From positions 1,740 to 65,739 of the IMG/VR virus record IMGVR_UViG_3300047321_000093: DNA of 64,000 nucleotides. The stretch is one strand, 5' to 3'. Source of the DNA: a virus (Duplodnaviria > Caudoviricetes). The first letter of the stretch is position 1, and every line of letters begins with the position of its first letter. The position numbers and the translations under genes were made by a program. Below, one piece after another: positions 55,735 through 64,000 of this stretch. The notes below the pieces were generated by a model. That model was not told the origin of the DNA. It worked only from the letters and a program-made list of their open reading frames with translations, and made no database searches.

Positions 55735-57434
55735 GATTTGAGTTGGACGTAAAAGGATCGCGAAGTAGGCTCGACATAGAAATCACGCGCCCGCATTTGA
55801 ACAAAGAAATCCCGTTGCTTCCCGGCCACGTAGAAGTCGTGCTTGGGGCATGCCACGCAGAAAGACCGAGCGGGAATCTGAGCGTAGAAGCTTGGGTCGA
55901 CTGGGTAGGACTGCGCGCCAATGTGCCCCGCACCAGACGACATGTCCGGAAGCTGCGCGCTGCTTCCTTTTCCTGTGATGGGCAGGGTGACGTTCCCTGT
56001 CGCGCTTGATGCGTCGCGAGCCTGGACCGATGCGCCCGTTGCAGTGATGCCGATGAGGCCTGCGCCCAAGCTAAGGTCATGCGCTGCGGTCGATGATCCG
56101 GACCCGGCGATGCTGAGATTGCCCGATGCGGCTGACGACGATGATCTTTGGGCGGGCGAGGCCATGCCCGCGGTCGACAACGCACCCACGGCAGCGGATG
56201 CATTCCGAGACTGAGCGCTCGCACCGGACCCGCCGATGACACTGCCAGTAGTGCCGGCCGCCGTCGACGTGTTCGCGGATTGTGTGTCAGCGCCCGATCC
56301 GGACAGGGACACGGCGCCAGATGCGGTGCTGATGTTCGCCTGCTGGCTTGATGCGCCAGCGCCCGCAATCTTGACCGCGCCGACTGCAGACGATGCATTG
56401 GCGGCCTGGCTTGATGCTGCCGAGCCAGCGATGCTTACTTGGCCTGTCGCCGTGCTCGCATTGATGGACTGCGCGCTTGTTGCGGTGCCTACAGTCGCAA
56501 TCGAGCCGGCGCCAGAATCCGTGTTTGCCCGTTGTGAGCTCGACGCCGATCCAGTGACCGAAACTGCACCGGAAGCTGTCGACGTATTACCGCGCTGCGT
56601 GCTGGCCGACGATCCGGAAACGGCGATGGCGCCGGAACCAGCCGACGAGTTCCGCGCTTGCGTAGATGCGGAAGTGCCAGTTACGCCGGTGTTGATCGTC
56701 ATGGTGAGGCGGATTTGACCGCGCTTACCCGATCCGCCACTAGTCGAGCCCCAACCGCCGCCGCCAGCGCCGCCGCCTGGCAAGCCGCCATCGCCGCCTA
56801 CTGTAGCTGAGCCATTGCCAGCAGACCCACCACCACCGCCACCGCCATTGACATTGTCAGACCCGGGCGAGCCACTACCAAACGCGGTGCCGCCCGTGCC
56901 GGGAGCGCCACCAGCTACGCCGTTGTCACCGGGACCGCCAGTGCCGCCATTAGCTCCGCTGAACGGCGCACCAGCAACGCCGGGGCCATCGGGCCCAGCG
57001 CAGCCGCCACCACCACCACCGCCATCGTTAGCTGTGTCAGTGCCGGCGCCGCCGTTGCCGCCCGCGAATTTGGTCGTGCCGACCACGCCGGTAGTAGAAC
57101 CGCCTAGACCGGCGGCAGCGGTGTTCGTGCCTCCGCCGCCGTTCGCGGAACAGATCGCGTTTGCCAGCGTCGTACCGCCGAACCGCGTACCAGTGCCGCT
57201 AGTGCCTGACGTGTTGTTGCCGCCCGTGCCAATGGCGTAGGGGATGGGCCATGTCAGGCCCGTTACGTTGGCAACCTTAGAGTAACCGCCGCCACCGGAA
57301 CCGCCGCCAGAAGCTGGCGGGTTATTTCCCGACCCTCCCGAATCTCCCCAGCACTCAACCAGGTCGAGGCTTACGAACCCCGCGGGCTGCGCAAAGCTTG
57401 AGCCCGACGTCAGAACGACGACAGTCTGGGCCAT
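55731..57434 (-). CDS. Gly-rich, 21-aa-repeat fibre protein
   Basis: Polyglycine N-terminal domain, about 12 x 21-aa repeats, C-terminal 9-aa R(D/S)F(Y/F/C)V repeats. Confidence 0.75.
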   Translation of the reverse strand: MAQTVVVLTSGSSFAQPAGFVSLDLVECWGDSGGSGNNPPASGGGSGGGGYSKVANVTGLTWPIPYAIGTGGNNTSGTSGTGTRFGGTTLANAICSANGGGGTNTAAAGLGGSTTGVVGTTKFAGGNGGAGTDTANDGGGGGGGCAGPDGPGVAGAPFSGANGGTGGPGDNGVAGGAPGTGGTAFGSGSPGSDNVNGGGGGGGSAGNGSATVGGDGGLPGGGAGGGGWGSTSGGSGKRGQIRLTMTINTGVTGTSASTQARNSSAGSGAIAVSGSSASTQRGNTSTASGAVSVTGSASSSQRANTDSGAGSIATVGTATSAQSINASTATGQVSIAGSAASSQAANASSAVGAVKIAGAGASSQQANISTASGAVSLSGSGADTQSANTSTAAGTTGSVIGGSGASAQSRNASAAVGALSTAGMASPAQRSSSSAASGNLSIAGSGSSTAAHDLSLGAGLIGITATGASVQARDASSATGNVTLPITGKGSSAQLPDMSSGAGHIGAQSYPVDPSFYAQIPARSFCVACPKHDFYVAGKQRDFFVQMRARDFYVEPTSRSFYVQLKS

Positions 57435-57504
57435 GAATGTCCTTTAGGCGTAAAAAAAGCCGCAGGGCGGCCTATGCGTTTGGCGGATATTTGCCGTTTA
57501 TGCG

Positions 57505-58065
57505 TCAAGCAGATATTCCAAGCGCCTTCTTTGCCGCGCCGTAGAGCGCCAGGCGTTCCGAGTATCCATTCGGCATGGCCTTCGAGTGCCGATTGCCGAG
57601 ATTCACGGCTCGGCTGACTGCGAGGAAGTCACCAGCCAGGGCGCTCAGCTTGTTGTTGTGCCAGAACCAGCCGGCAGATAACGCGGCGTCATTCGGCTGC
57701 TCGAGCAATTCAGGGTGGGCGATCAAATCGAGGTCGAGCCCTACGCCACACAGCAGATAGTTGCGGCGTCCGGTGATTTGGATGAGTCCGCGGCCCATGA
57801 AACGCTCGCCGTCTCCTGGCTGTGTGTTGCCTAGATCAGAGCGGCCTTCGTAGTGGTGCTGTGCAAGCGTTGGACCCCAAATTTCCCGGGTGAATACGAG
57901 ACGACCCGACTCCACGCCAACCGTCGCAAGGAATGCGGCCACGTCAAGCGGCTCATTGATCCCGAACCGATCGCACGCGGCCTGCAATGGGGCTACCCAC
58001 TGCGCGGCACGCAACTGGGTCGAACCACAGCCTGCGGCAACAATGGTGGAGTTCAGTCGCATCAC
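57505..58065 (-). CDS. Endolysin, glycoside hydrolase family 19
   Basis: AAFLA...ESG, LGN.QPGDG, GRGLIQITGR.NY, SAGWFW. Confidence 0.9.
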   Translation of the reverse strand: MMRLNSTIVAAGCGSTQLRAAQWVAPLQAACDRFGINEPLDVAAFLATVGVESGRLVFTREIWGPTLAQHHYEGRSDLGNTQPGDGERFMGRGLIQITGRRNYLLCGVGLDLDLIAHPELLEQPNDAALSAGWFWHNNKLSALAGDFLAVSRAVNLGNRHSKAMPNGYSERLALYGAAKKALGISA

Positions 58066-58358
58066 GTTTGCCCGGGGAATTTGCCATGCATCGCCCCCCA
58101 CACCGCCGCCGCGAACGCGATGAACGGCCCGAACCACACAACCAGCTTCCGCAGCACACGCCCGGTCGCCGTGAAGAACCCGATGCTGCCCTTGGCAAGC
58201 TTCAGCAGCTCGACCAACTCCTTCGTGTTCGACTCAACGCGCAACGTTGCTTCGGTGTTGGCTGACAACTCGCCTCGCCAGTCGCCGACTTGTTGCTCGA
58301 TCGTGCTCATGCGTTGCTCCAGGGCGGCAATCGCCGGGTCGCGGTGTGGATTGTTCAA
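58062..58358 (-). CDS. Holin/antiholin-like protein
   Basis: Coiled coil plus C-terminal TM; overlaps the endolysin start. Confidence 0.6.
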   Translation of the reverse strand: MNNPHRDPAIAALEQRMSTIEQQVGDWRGELSANTEATLRVESNTKELVELLKLAKGSIGFFTATGRVLRKLVVWFGPFIAFAAAVWGAMHGKFPGQT

Positions 58359-58377
58359 GGGGTGCCCCGGATAGAAA

Positions 58378-58444
58378 TGAAAAAAGCCGCTCGATGGCGG
58401 CTTGGTCGTGTGGTCGTAAAAAAGCCGCCTCGGTGGGCGGCTTT
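58378..58444 (-). terminator. Tandem terminators
   Basis: Two AAGCCGC/GCGGCTT hairpins with T runs. Confidence 0.6.
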
Positions 58445-58445
58445 G

Positions 58446-58661
58446 TTATTTGTGCTTCAGTGCGTTTCGCAATCGCTCAATCGACTGATCGCTGATGTCT
58501 ACGACTGGCAGCTTGCCTCGTTTCTCATCAAGCACCTGGACGATGGCGGCATTCAGCGAAATTCCTTGCTCATTGGCGAACTCCATCAGCCACGCATGTA
58601 AATCGCGCGGCAGCCGAAGCGCCGTCTTCATGTAATCCGATTGGTCGATTGAGGTAGCCAT
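58446..58661 (-). CDS. Arc-like ribbon-helix-helix repressor
   Basis: TALRLPRDLH..L...A...G.SLNAAIV. Confidence 0.85.
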   Translation of the reverse strand: MATSIDQSDYMKTALRLPRDLHAWLMEFANEQGISLNAAIVQVLDEKRGKLPVVDISDQSIERLRNALKHK

Positions 58662-58676
58662 GCCGACAGCATAGCA

Positions 58677-58751
58677 CCTTCATCATGAAAGCAAAAGCTT
58701 GCCTTCATCATGAAAGTAGCCTACGATGCTGAAATGCCTTCATGATGAAGG
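58677..58751. promoter_or_regulatory. Three palindromic operators plus promoter
   Basis: CCTTCATCATGAAAG x2 and CCTTCATGATGAAGG; TTGCCT-17-TACGAT. Confidence 0.75.
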
Positions 58752-59413
58752 TTAGGAGAATTCTCGAAGAGACCGCGAGATACGATGGTCAGAGCGTTCT
58801 GTATTGCTTTCGATTCAAACATGACGTCTGCAAGGTAGGTAAATCAATGTGTCTGAGAAAACGGGCGAAGCAGCTTTCGTCCCACGGGCTTTGGAACCAG
58901 ATGTTTGTTGACGTCATAGCGATTCCGTGCCGACCGGATGCGCTATCAGTTGCGGAGCGATTGGCGTTATCGAAGTTGGCCGTCAAACTCCGAAGACTTG
59001 GGCCCGAAATTTTCGAATCGCCGGCCGATATCGGCATTGCAGCAGACGTTTTGGCTGAATCGATCCGCATCGCCGAACAATTAACGGAGCCGACCGATCT
59101 CGGTCCCGCTGACTTCGCTGCGATTGCGGCCGAATCCGGGATCATCGCGTCGATGGTGATCGATTCGGCAAGGCAAGACATCGAAGCGGCGATCTCGCTT
59201 GCCATGCGCGCCCCAGAAATGAGCGAAAAAGAATTCCTGTGGAATTTTGACGAATTGCCGCCATTTGCAGCCCATTTAGTGCCTGGAATGGTTGAACGCA
59301 ATGCCGTCCTCATTGGTTTAGGCAAGCCATACGATGAGCGAAAGCCAGCATTGCAGGCCTTCGCGGCAGTGTGGGTTGCGCAGCACGCCGCACGACTGGA
59401 GCATCCAGCATGA
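58742..59413 (+). CDS. Divergent GIY-YIG/T5orf172-like protein
   Basis: LYCF....CKVGKS..L.KR...L...AE......E.F. Confidence 0.55.
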   Translation: MMKVRRILEETARYDGQSVLYCFRFKHDVCKVGKSMCLRKRAKQLSSHGLWNQMFVDVIAIPCRPDALSVAERLALSKLAVKLRRLGPEIFESPADIGIAADVLAESIRIAEQLTEPTDLGPADFAAIAAESGIIASMVIDSARQDIEAAISLAMRAPEMSEKEFLWNFDELPPFAAHLVPGMVERNAVLIGLGKPYDERKPALQAFAAVWVAQHAARLEHPA

Positions 59414-59637
59414 CCGAGTTCGCACACTTCAAGTTCAATGAGACCGGTCTGGACGAGGACGAATGCCTGGCGGGCTATCGCGCGGGCCTCGACGGTGAGC
59501 CGGAACCGGGTAGCGACAAAAGCCGCTCATTCCTTCACGGCTGGCGGAACGGCATGGCAGACAAAGGCCGCGTGCCAATCACGCGCGAACAACGCGAGTA
59601 CGCCGAAAGCTACGTCAGGAAAGGGCGAGCGCATTAG
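59410..59637 (+). CDS. Ribosome modulation factor (RMF)-like protein
   Basis: GYRAGLDG...RSFLHGWRNGMAD resembles RMF GYQAGIAG...RSQWLGGWREAMAD. Confidence 0.55.
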   Translation: MTEFAHFKFNETGLDEDECLAGYRAGLDGEPEPGSDKSRSFLHGWRNGMADKGRVPITREQREYAESYVRKGRAH

Positions 59638-59718
59638 AAACAGGTGCGCCCACATCGGCGGCAACCGATGCAGGCGCGGTGATCCAGAGATCCAACGACT
59701 AAGAAGGAAGACCGAATC

Positions 59719-60459
59719 ATGTTCAATTATAAGGCCGCAGTTGCGGCGGGGGTAGTGCTTTGCCTTTCAATGTCGGCTCAGGCCGAAAGCTGGTTTTCCA
59801 TTGAGGCCGGCATCGGCGCATCGAGGTACAACGACGAAGATGGTTTGTGGGTAAACAAAGGTCTTCCGCACAACTCGCACCTCTCGGCGCCCGCATACCG
59901 CGTCGGCATCCAGTTCAACGCGATCAATCACACGCCGGGTTCGTACCTGCCGGGCCTAGCGATGCATCTCGCATATCTGAACTTCGGTCGCGCCAGCGTG
60001 CGCAGTCTCGCAGCCCCTGACGAAGACCCGAACGTCTACAACGCGCAGAACGGCGGCTACTACGATACAAAGGCGCACTCGTGCGCGGGGCAATGCGGGC
60101 CGCTGCGGAATTTCGTCTCCGGCGGCACGATGCAGGCCGTAGCGCTTACGTTTGAACCGTTCTGGACCTATCGCAACTGGCGCTTCGGGCTCGAAGCCGG
60201 TCCTGCGATCTTCCGCGGCACGTGGGACGCAACGGCGACGGCTGTCAGCGATTCGCAATGGTGGAAGGCCGGGCAAACCGAAAACTTCCATCACGTGCCG
60301 AAGTGGGAGGCCGGTGCGCTCGTCGGTGCAGCCGTTTCCTACGGCGCCGTCAGCCTTCGTTATAACTACATTTTCGCGAAGACGCATACCTACAGCACGA
60401 CGAATGTGCCGCCGGGTTGGTCGGGCGCTCACATGGTTACCTTGAACTATACGTTCTGA
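59719..60459 (+). CDS. Outer-membrane beta-barrel protein
   Basis: Signal peptide ending AQA, amphipathic strands, C-terminal beta-signal LNYTF. Confidence 0.75.
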   Translation: MFNYKAAVAAGVVLCLSMSAQAESWFSIEAGIGASRYNDEDGLWVNKGLPHNSHLSAPAYRVGIQFNAINHTPGSYLPGLAMHLAYLNFGRASVRSLAAPDEDPNVYNAQNGGYYDTKAHSCAGQCGPLRNFVSGGTMQAVALTFEPFWTYRNWRFGLEAGPAIFRGTWDATATAVSDSQWWKAGQTENFHHVPKWEAGALVGAAVSYGAVSLRYNYIFAKTHTYSTTNVPPGWSGAHMVTLNYTF

Positions 60460-60484
60460 TTCCTCTGGGCGGCCGCCAGGGGCG

Positions 60485-62065
60485 TTATGGCGCAACTACG
60501 CGATAACCGTCGACGATGCCAACGAACGAACCATTGGCCGCATACTTCTTTGCTAGTTCGAATAGGGGATCGTCGACGAACACATAAAGCGTGTCGCGCC
60601 TATATTGCCCCGACGAAACCTGTTGCGCGACCTGAGTTCGCAGTTTTTGCAGCTTGGCAGGACTTACCCTAGCGATGTAACCGCTGTTGATCGTCATGCC
60701 ATGCTCGGCGGCGAACACGGAAACCGGAAGATCGTTGCGCGGCTGATCGGATGGCAGAACCATTTCGACACGGCTATAACGAGCGGCTCGGTCATTCCAG
60801 AATGGCGACACGAGCGTCGAGCGCCAGACGCCTGACCAGTATGAGACGAACACGTGTCGGGGATAGGTCAGATCTGCGCACTGGACGACGAACAGCAGCA
60901 CGAACACGACGAGCGCGAATTCCTTGCGCACCGAATGCGCGACGATGACCGCCGCTCCGAGCAGCACGAGATACGCAATCGTCCAGGCGAACCGGCCGGA
61001 TACCCGGAAGGTGCTGGTGAGCGGTGCAAGGAAATGCGGCAGTTGCGTCGGCATGGCGTAGACGAGCAACCCGACCGCCAGTGCCAGCAGGGGGCCAATG
61101 ACTCGCCAGTCGATGTGCAGCGCCGGCCGCCATACGGCGGCCAGCACAAGTGCTGCGAGCAGCAGCCCGATACCGCCAAGGCCGAGATAGTTGAAGCCGC
61201 CAGCCTGATAGTCGTTGTACGGCACGAGCGGCAGGAACGAAGACCACATGTCGAGCGGCCGGAAGAAGTCGAGAAGGTGGAACCGGAAATAGCCGAAGCC
61301 ACCCACCTGCACGTCGTTCGGATAGAAATAGCCGATCGTCCACATCCAGAGCGCGAGTACCACGAAGACGATAGCAAAACGCGCAATGAGCGCTCGGAAT
61401 CGTTCACCCGCGTATGCTTGGTGAATCAGATCAAACAGGAATATCGCAAGAACCATCGCCGTCAGATAGGCATGCACTGCGGCAGCGACGACGGCCAGCA
61501 ATACCCATTTCCATGTCTTGCCGGTCGAATCGAAGTAGACGTTCAGGGCCGCGAGGATCAGCCAGTGCGCGAGCAGCGCCTCGTGACCGAGCAACCGCCA
61601 CATCATGACAGGCGACAGCACGAACAGACCGGTGACGAGCAGGCACGGCAGCAGACCGTCGATGAACCGCGACACGAGCCGGTACGCGAACACGGACTGA
61701 AACACGAAGCACAGCATCATCCACAGGCCGAGATACTGGAACGTAGTCGGCAGGAGCGCACTGAATGGCTTGAACAGGAACGCCATCAGCGGCACGGAAT
61801 CGCTGAATACGATTGAGCTGCCGATGTCCTCACCGAATGCATGGTTCGCGCCAAGTGGGAATTGCAGCAGCGGCGTGTGCCGGAAGAACCCCCAGCCCAT
61901 ATAGTGCTGTGATGGATCGCCGTGGTTCATCAACCAGCCGATGTTCGCGGGATCGAGGATGCGCCAACCGGCGAACCACAGGAAAAGTACGGTGCCCCAG
62001 ATGGCGGCGATAACGATGGAAGCGGCGGGGCGTTGCGCTAGAATGCGGGCTCTGGTTGGAGACAT
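60485..62065 (-). CDS. GT-C-type polytopic glycosyltransferase (DUF6311/GtrC-like)
   Basis: D..QHY.GW..FR...PLG...SIVFSDS.PL; more than 10 TM segments; FR.SGRF.W. Confidence 0.8.
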   Translation of the reverse strand: MSPTRARILAQRPAASIVIAAIWGTVLFLWFAGWRILDPANIGWLMNHGDPSQHYMGWGFFRHTPLLQFPLGANHAFGEDIGSSIVFSDSVPLMAFLFKPFSALLPTTFQYLGLWMMLCFVFQSVFAYRLVSRFIDGLLPCLLVTGLFVLSPVMMWRLLGHEALLAHWLILAALNVYFDSTGKTWKWVLLAVVAAAVHAYLTAMVLAIFLFDLIHQAYAGERFRALIARFAIVFVVLALWMWTIGYFYPNDVQVGGFGYFRFHLLDFFRPLDMWSSFLPLVPYNDYQAGGFNYLGLGGIGLLLAALVLAAVWRPALHIDWRVIGPLLALAVGLLVYAMPTQLPHFLAPLTSTFRVSGRFAWTIAYLVLLGAAVIVAHSVRKEFALVVFVLLFVVQCADLTYPRHVFVSYWSGVWRSTLVSPFWNDRAARYSRVEMVLPSDQPRNDLPVSVFAAEHGMTINSGYIARVSPAKLQKLRTQVAQQVSSGQYRRDTLYVFVDDPLFELAKKYAANGSFVGIVDGYRVVAP

Positions 62066-62123
62066 GTTCGGGCCGTGATCTGAAGTGCCCGGATTCTATC
62101 ATCGCAGCTTTTGAGGCCATTTA

Positions 62124-62279
62124 ATGAAGAAGATCAGCCTGATCGGCGTCCTTTTTGTACTTCTCATTGTCGCGGCACTCGCAGCCGTCCTTGGTGCATC
62201 GTTGCTTGCGTCGGGATCGTCGGCTAGTTCGGATAACCCGGCGGCGATGTACCGAGCTATCCAGAACGCAAAGCCCTGA
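62124..62279 (+). CDS. Small membrane/secreted peptide (51 aa)
   Basis: GAGG SD; MKKISLIGVLFVLLIVAALAAVLG... Confidence 0.5.
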   Translation: MKKISLIGVLFVLLIVAALAAVLGASLLASGSSASSDNPAAMYRAIQNAKP

Positions 62280-62287
62280 CCAGTTTG

Positions 62288-62608
62288 TCAGGTCTCATGC
62301 GGGGCCGAGAATACCCAGTTGCCCGCATTGTCTCGCGCGGCTCCCCAGTATTGATGCGGCTGGGGATTAAGGTCTGTAATGTCGGCCATATACGAGATGG
62401 TGCCATCCATCAGCGCGACGTTGTAGCGCCGTTCGATCGGTATTTCGTCGCCAGCTTTCCATAGTGGCTCGACGCCCCCAATGCTATCCGCGTCATAGGC
62501 CATCGGCGGGATAATCTCCGCCACATAATAAACATTGACCCATTTCGATGAATCGAGGGGAGAAGCCGATTTGTCCACGCTCCAGTGAATGCGTGCGTAC
62601 GTTTTCAT
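62288..62608 (-). CDS. Tail fibre assembly protein
   Basis: MKTYARI...VAEII...DITDL.P.P...W.FSAP; follows the fibre gene. Confidence 0.7.
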   Translation of the reverse strand: MKTYARIHWSVDKSASPLDSSKWVNVYYVAEIIPPMAYDADSIGGVEPLWKAGDEIPIERRYNVALMDGTISYMADITDLNPQPHQYWGAARDNAGNWVFSAPHET

Positions 62609-63931
62609 TTATGCAAATTCCTCAATAATAATGATCCCATTTGCACCCGTACCACCACTAGCGGCAATGCCCGAGCTGGAGGGTGACGCCGCACCGCCGC
62701 CGCCCGAACCAGGATTAACAGCGGCGGAACCGCTACTCAACCCTGGTCCGGCGGGCGCTCCGCCATCGCCAAAATGCGCACCGCCGCCTTTCCCGCTGAT
62801 CCCTGTGGAGCCAAGATAAGTGCCATAAGCGCCATAAGCACCGTTGCCGTTAATCTGGCCGCCTGATCCCGCGCCGCCCACCGCACCACCAGCAAAGCCC
62901 GTCGTTGGCACAGCGTTACTCACGCCAACCGGGCCTCCGGGGCCACCGGTCGCGCTGATAACCGCTCCAACACTACTGGACCCACCAGCGTTACCGTTAT
63001 TCCCGGCAACGCCAGCTCCGCCCAAACCTACAGTAACCGTTTGCCCATTAAGTTGCGCAGCAGTATAGAGACCGATAGCCCAGCCTCCTTCGCCGCCACC
63101 AGATGCGTAGGCAAATGCCGAGCCACCTGTAACCGGGTTTCCACCACCTGCACCACCACCTGCGATGAGGTGGACACGTGCTTTTGTCGTAAGAGACTGC
63201 AGCGCCAGAGTTGACGAGATATTCGCGTAAGCGCCGCCATCAATCGACGCCTGAAGCGTCCCCGCGTTATTGCGATACACCGTCGTGCGCAGCAACCGGC
63301 CCGTCGCCTGCCCAAGTTGAAGCGCATGCTGGCTCTGCGTGGCGGGGGCGATTTGAGATGCACCACCGAGCGATTCGATGATGATCCACGCGCCGTTACC
63401 GCTGTTCACGCCGGCTTGCACCAGGTACATCAACACAGCGACGCCGACAGGCAGTTCACCGCCTTGCAGGGGCTGCAAACCAAGACCGTAGATCGGCTTT
63501 GCCGTCAGGCCATCAGGAGCATACGTCGATGCTCCAGTGTTAGCGTGAGCGATGTTGACGCGCTGGACATAGCCCGTCGAAGGGAGGACGGTGAGCGCGG
63601 GCGTGTTCGCTGCTGCATAGGCGTTGGCTGCCCCGGTGTCCGTCAGAATGACCGTCTGCTTCGTGGCGTTCTTGATGGCCGACAACAGATTCGCCTCAAG
63701 TGTCGAAGTCGTGCCGTCATCGACAGCGTTCTGGCCGCTCTGATCGACGATGAACTGAGCCAGCACGGCCGCCATGATCGAGCTTTGGCGCCAGACCTTA
63801 TTCAGCTGGTTCGACTGAGCAATACCAGATTGAAAGCCGTTTTGCGTAATCGGCGTCAGCGCCGCATATGCTGATTGCGTGATGACGTTGGCGCTACCGC
63901 CTACTGCAAACGGGATGAAGTCGTTCGACAT
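62609..63931 (-). CDS. Tail fibre protein (Gly-rich C-terminus)
   Basis: NDF.PFA...GF.SGIA.S..LNKVWRQSS anchor; polyglycine domain ending GIIIIEEFA. Confidence 0.9.
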   Translation of the reverse strand: MSNDFIPFAVGGSANVITQSAYAALTPITQNGFQSGIAQSNQLNKVWRQSSIMAAVLAQFIVDQSGQNAVDDGTTSTLEANLLSAIKNATKQTVILTDTGAANAYAAANTPALTVLPSTGYVQRVNIAHANTGASTYAPDGLTAKPIYGLGLQPLQGGELPVGVAVLMYLVQAGVNSGNGAWIIIESLGGASQIAPATQSQHALQLGQATGRLLRTTVYRNNAGTLQASIDGGAYANISSTLALQSLTTKARVHLIAGGGAGGGNPVTGGSAFAYASGGGEGGWAIGLYTAAQLNGQTVTVGLGGAGVAGNNGNAGGSSSVGAVISATGGPGGPVGVSNAVPTTGFAGGAVGGAGSGGQINGNGAYGAYGTYLGSTGISGKGGGAHFGDGGAPAGPGLSSGSAAVNPGSGGGGAASPSSSGIAASGGTGANGIIIIEEFA

Positions 63932-63944
63932 TTGCGATCCGGAA

Positions 63945-63969
63945 AAAGAAAAACCGCCCGAAGGCGGTC
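63945..63969 (-). terminator. Terminator-like hairpin upstream of the fibre gene
   Basis: ACCGCC-TTCG-GGCGGT followed by T runs. Confidence 0.55.
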
Positions 63970-64000
63970 TTGTAAGCGGAGAGTTGTTGCGTCAGAGAGT

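Larger units (their letters stand above)
1..64000. mobile_element. Temperate myovirus-type phage genome (near-complete, circularly permuted, attP intact)
   Basis: Head, tail, lysis, replication, immunity and integration modules are all present; phage genes flank int/att on both sides; both window ends fall in the baseplate/fibre module. Confidence 0.95.

Noticed and set aside
55900-56700. Ice-nucleation-protein-like repeats
   Set aside because: Period is 21 aa without the AGYGST motif; better explained as a fibre scaffold
58789-59427. 212-aa minus-strand ORF opposite the nuclease-like gene
   Set aside because: The plus-strand ORF has the promoter, operator and coupling; the minus ORF is a shadow
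62609-63931. Diversity-generating retroelement or invertible fibre cassette
   Set aside because: No reverse transcriptase, template repeat, invertase or alternative fibre ends seen

Overview
Almost the whole genome (about 65 kb) of a temperate contractile-tailed phage. The high GC content and the attP-encoded peptide suggest a Burkholderia/Paraburkholderia-like host (inference). The window opens inside baseplate J and closes just upstream of the tail fibre gene, so it looks circularly permuted with an intact attP. Minus strand 1-22.4 kb: baseplate, tail, head and packaging genes, late promoter and Q. Minus strand 22.5-34.5 kb: nin-like region, DNA methyltransferases, SNF2 helicase, RusA, primase-helicase, initiator with iterons, cII, cro. 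Plus strand 34.6-50.6 kb: cI, early accessory genes, structured intergenic RNAs, RecT/exonuclease, xis, int. After attP come a LexA-boxed mini-ligase operon, a lysis region interrupted by a repeat-fibre module, a moron island (Arc, nuclease, RMF-like protein, outer-membrane barrel, GT-C glycosyltransferase) and the tail fibre. The most notable items are: a fully overlapping, same-strand dual-coded C5 methyltransferase; an attP carrying the 3' end of a 4-oxalocrotonate tautomerase gene; RNA cassettes with a shared closing stem; the Arc-operator/nuclease/RMF-like unit; and the 21-aa-repeat fibre module. Family names come from motif recognition and synteny; no searches were run.
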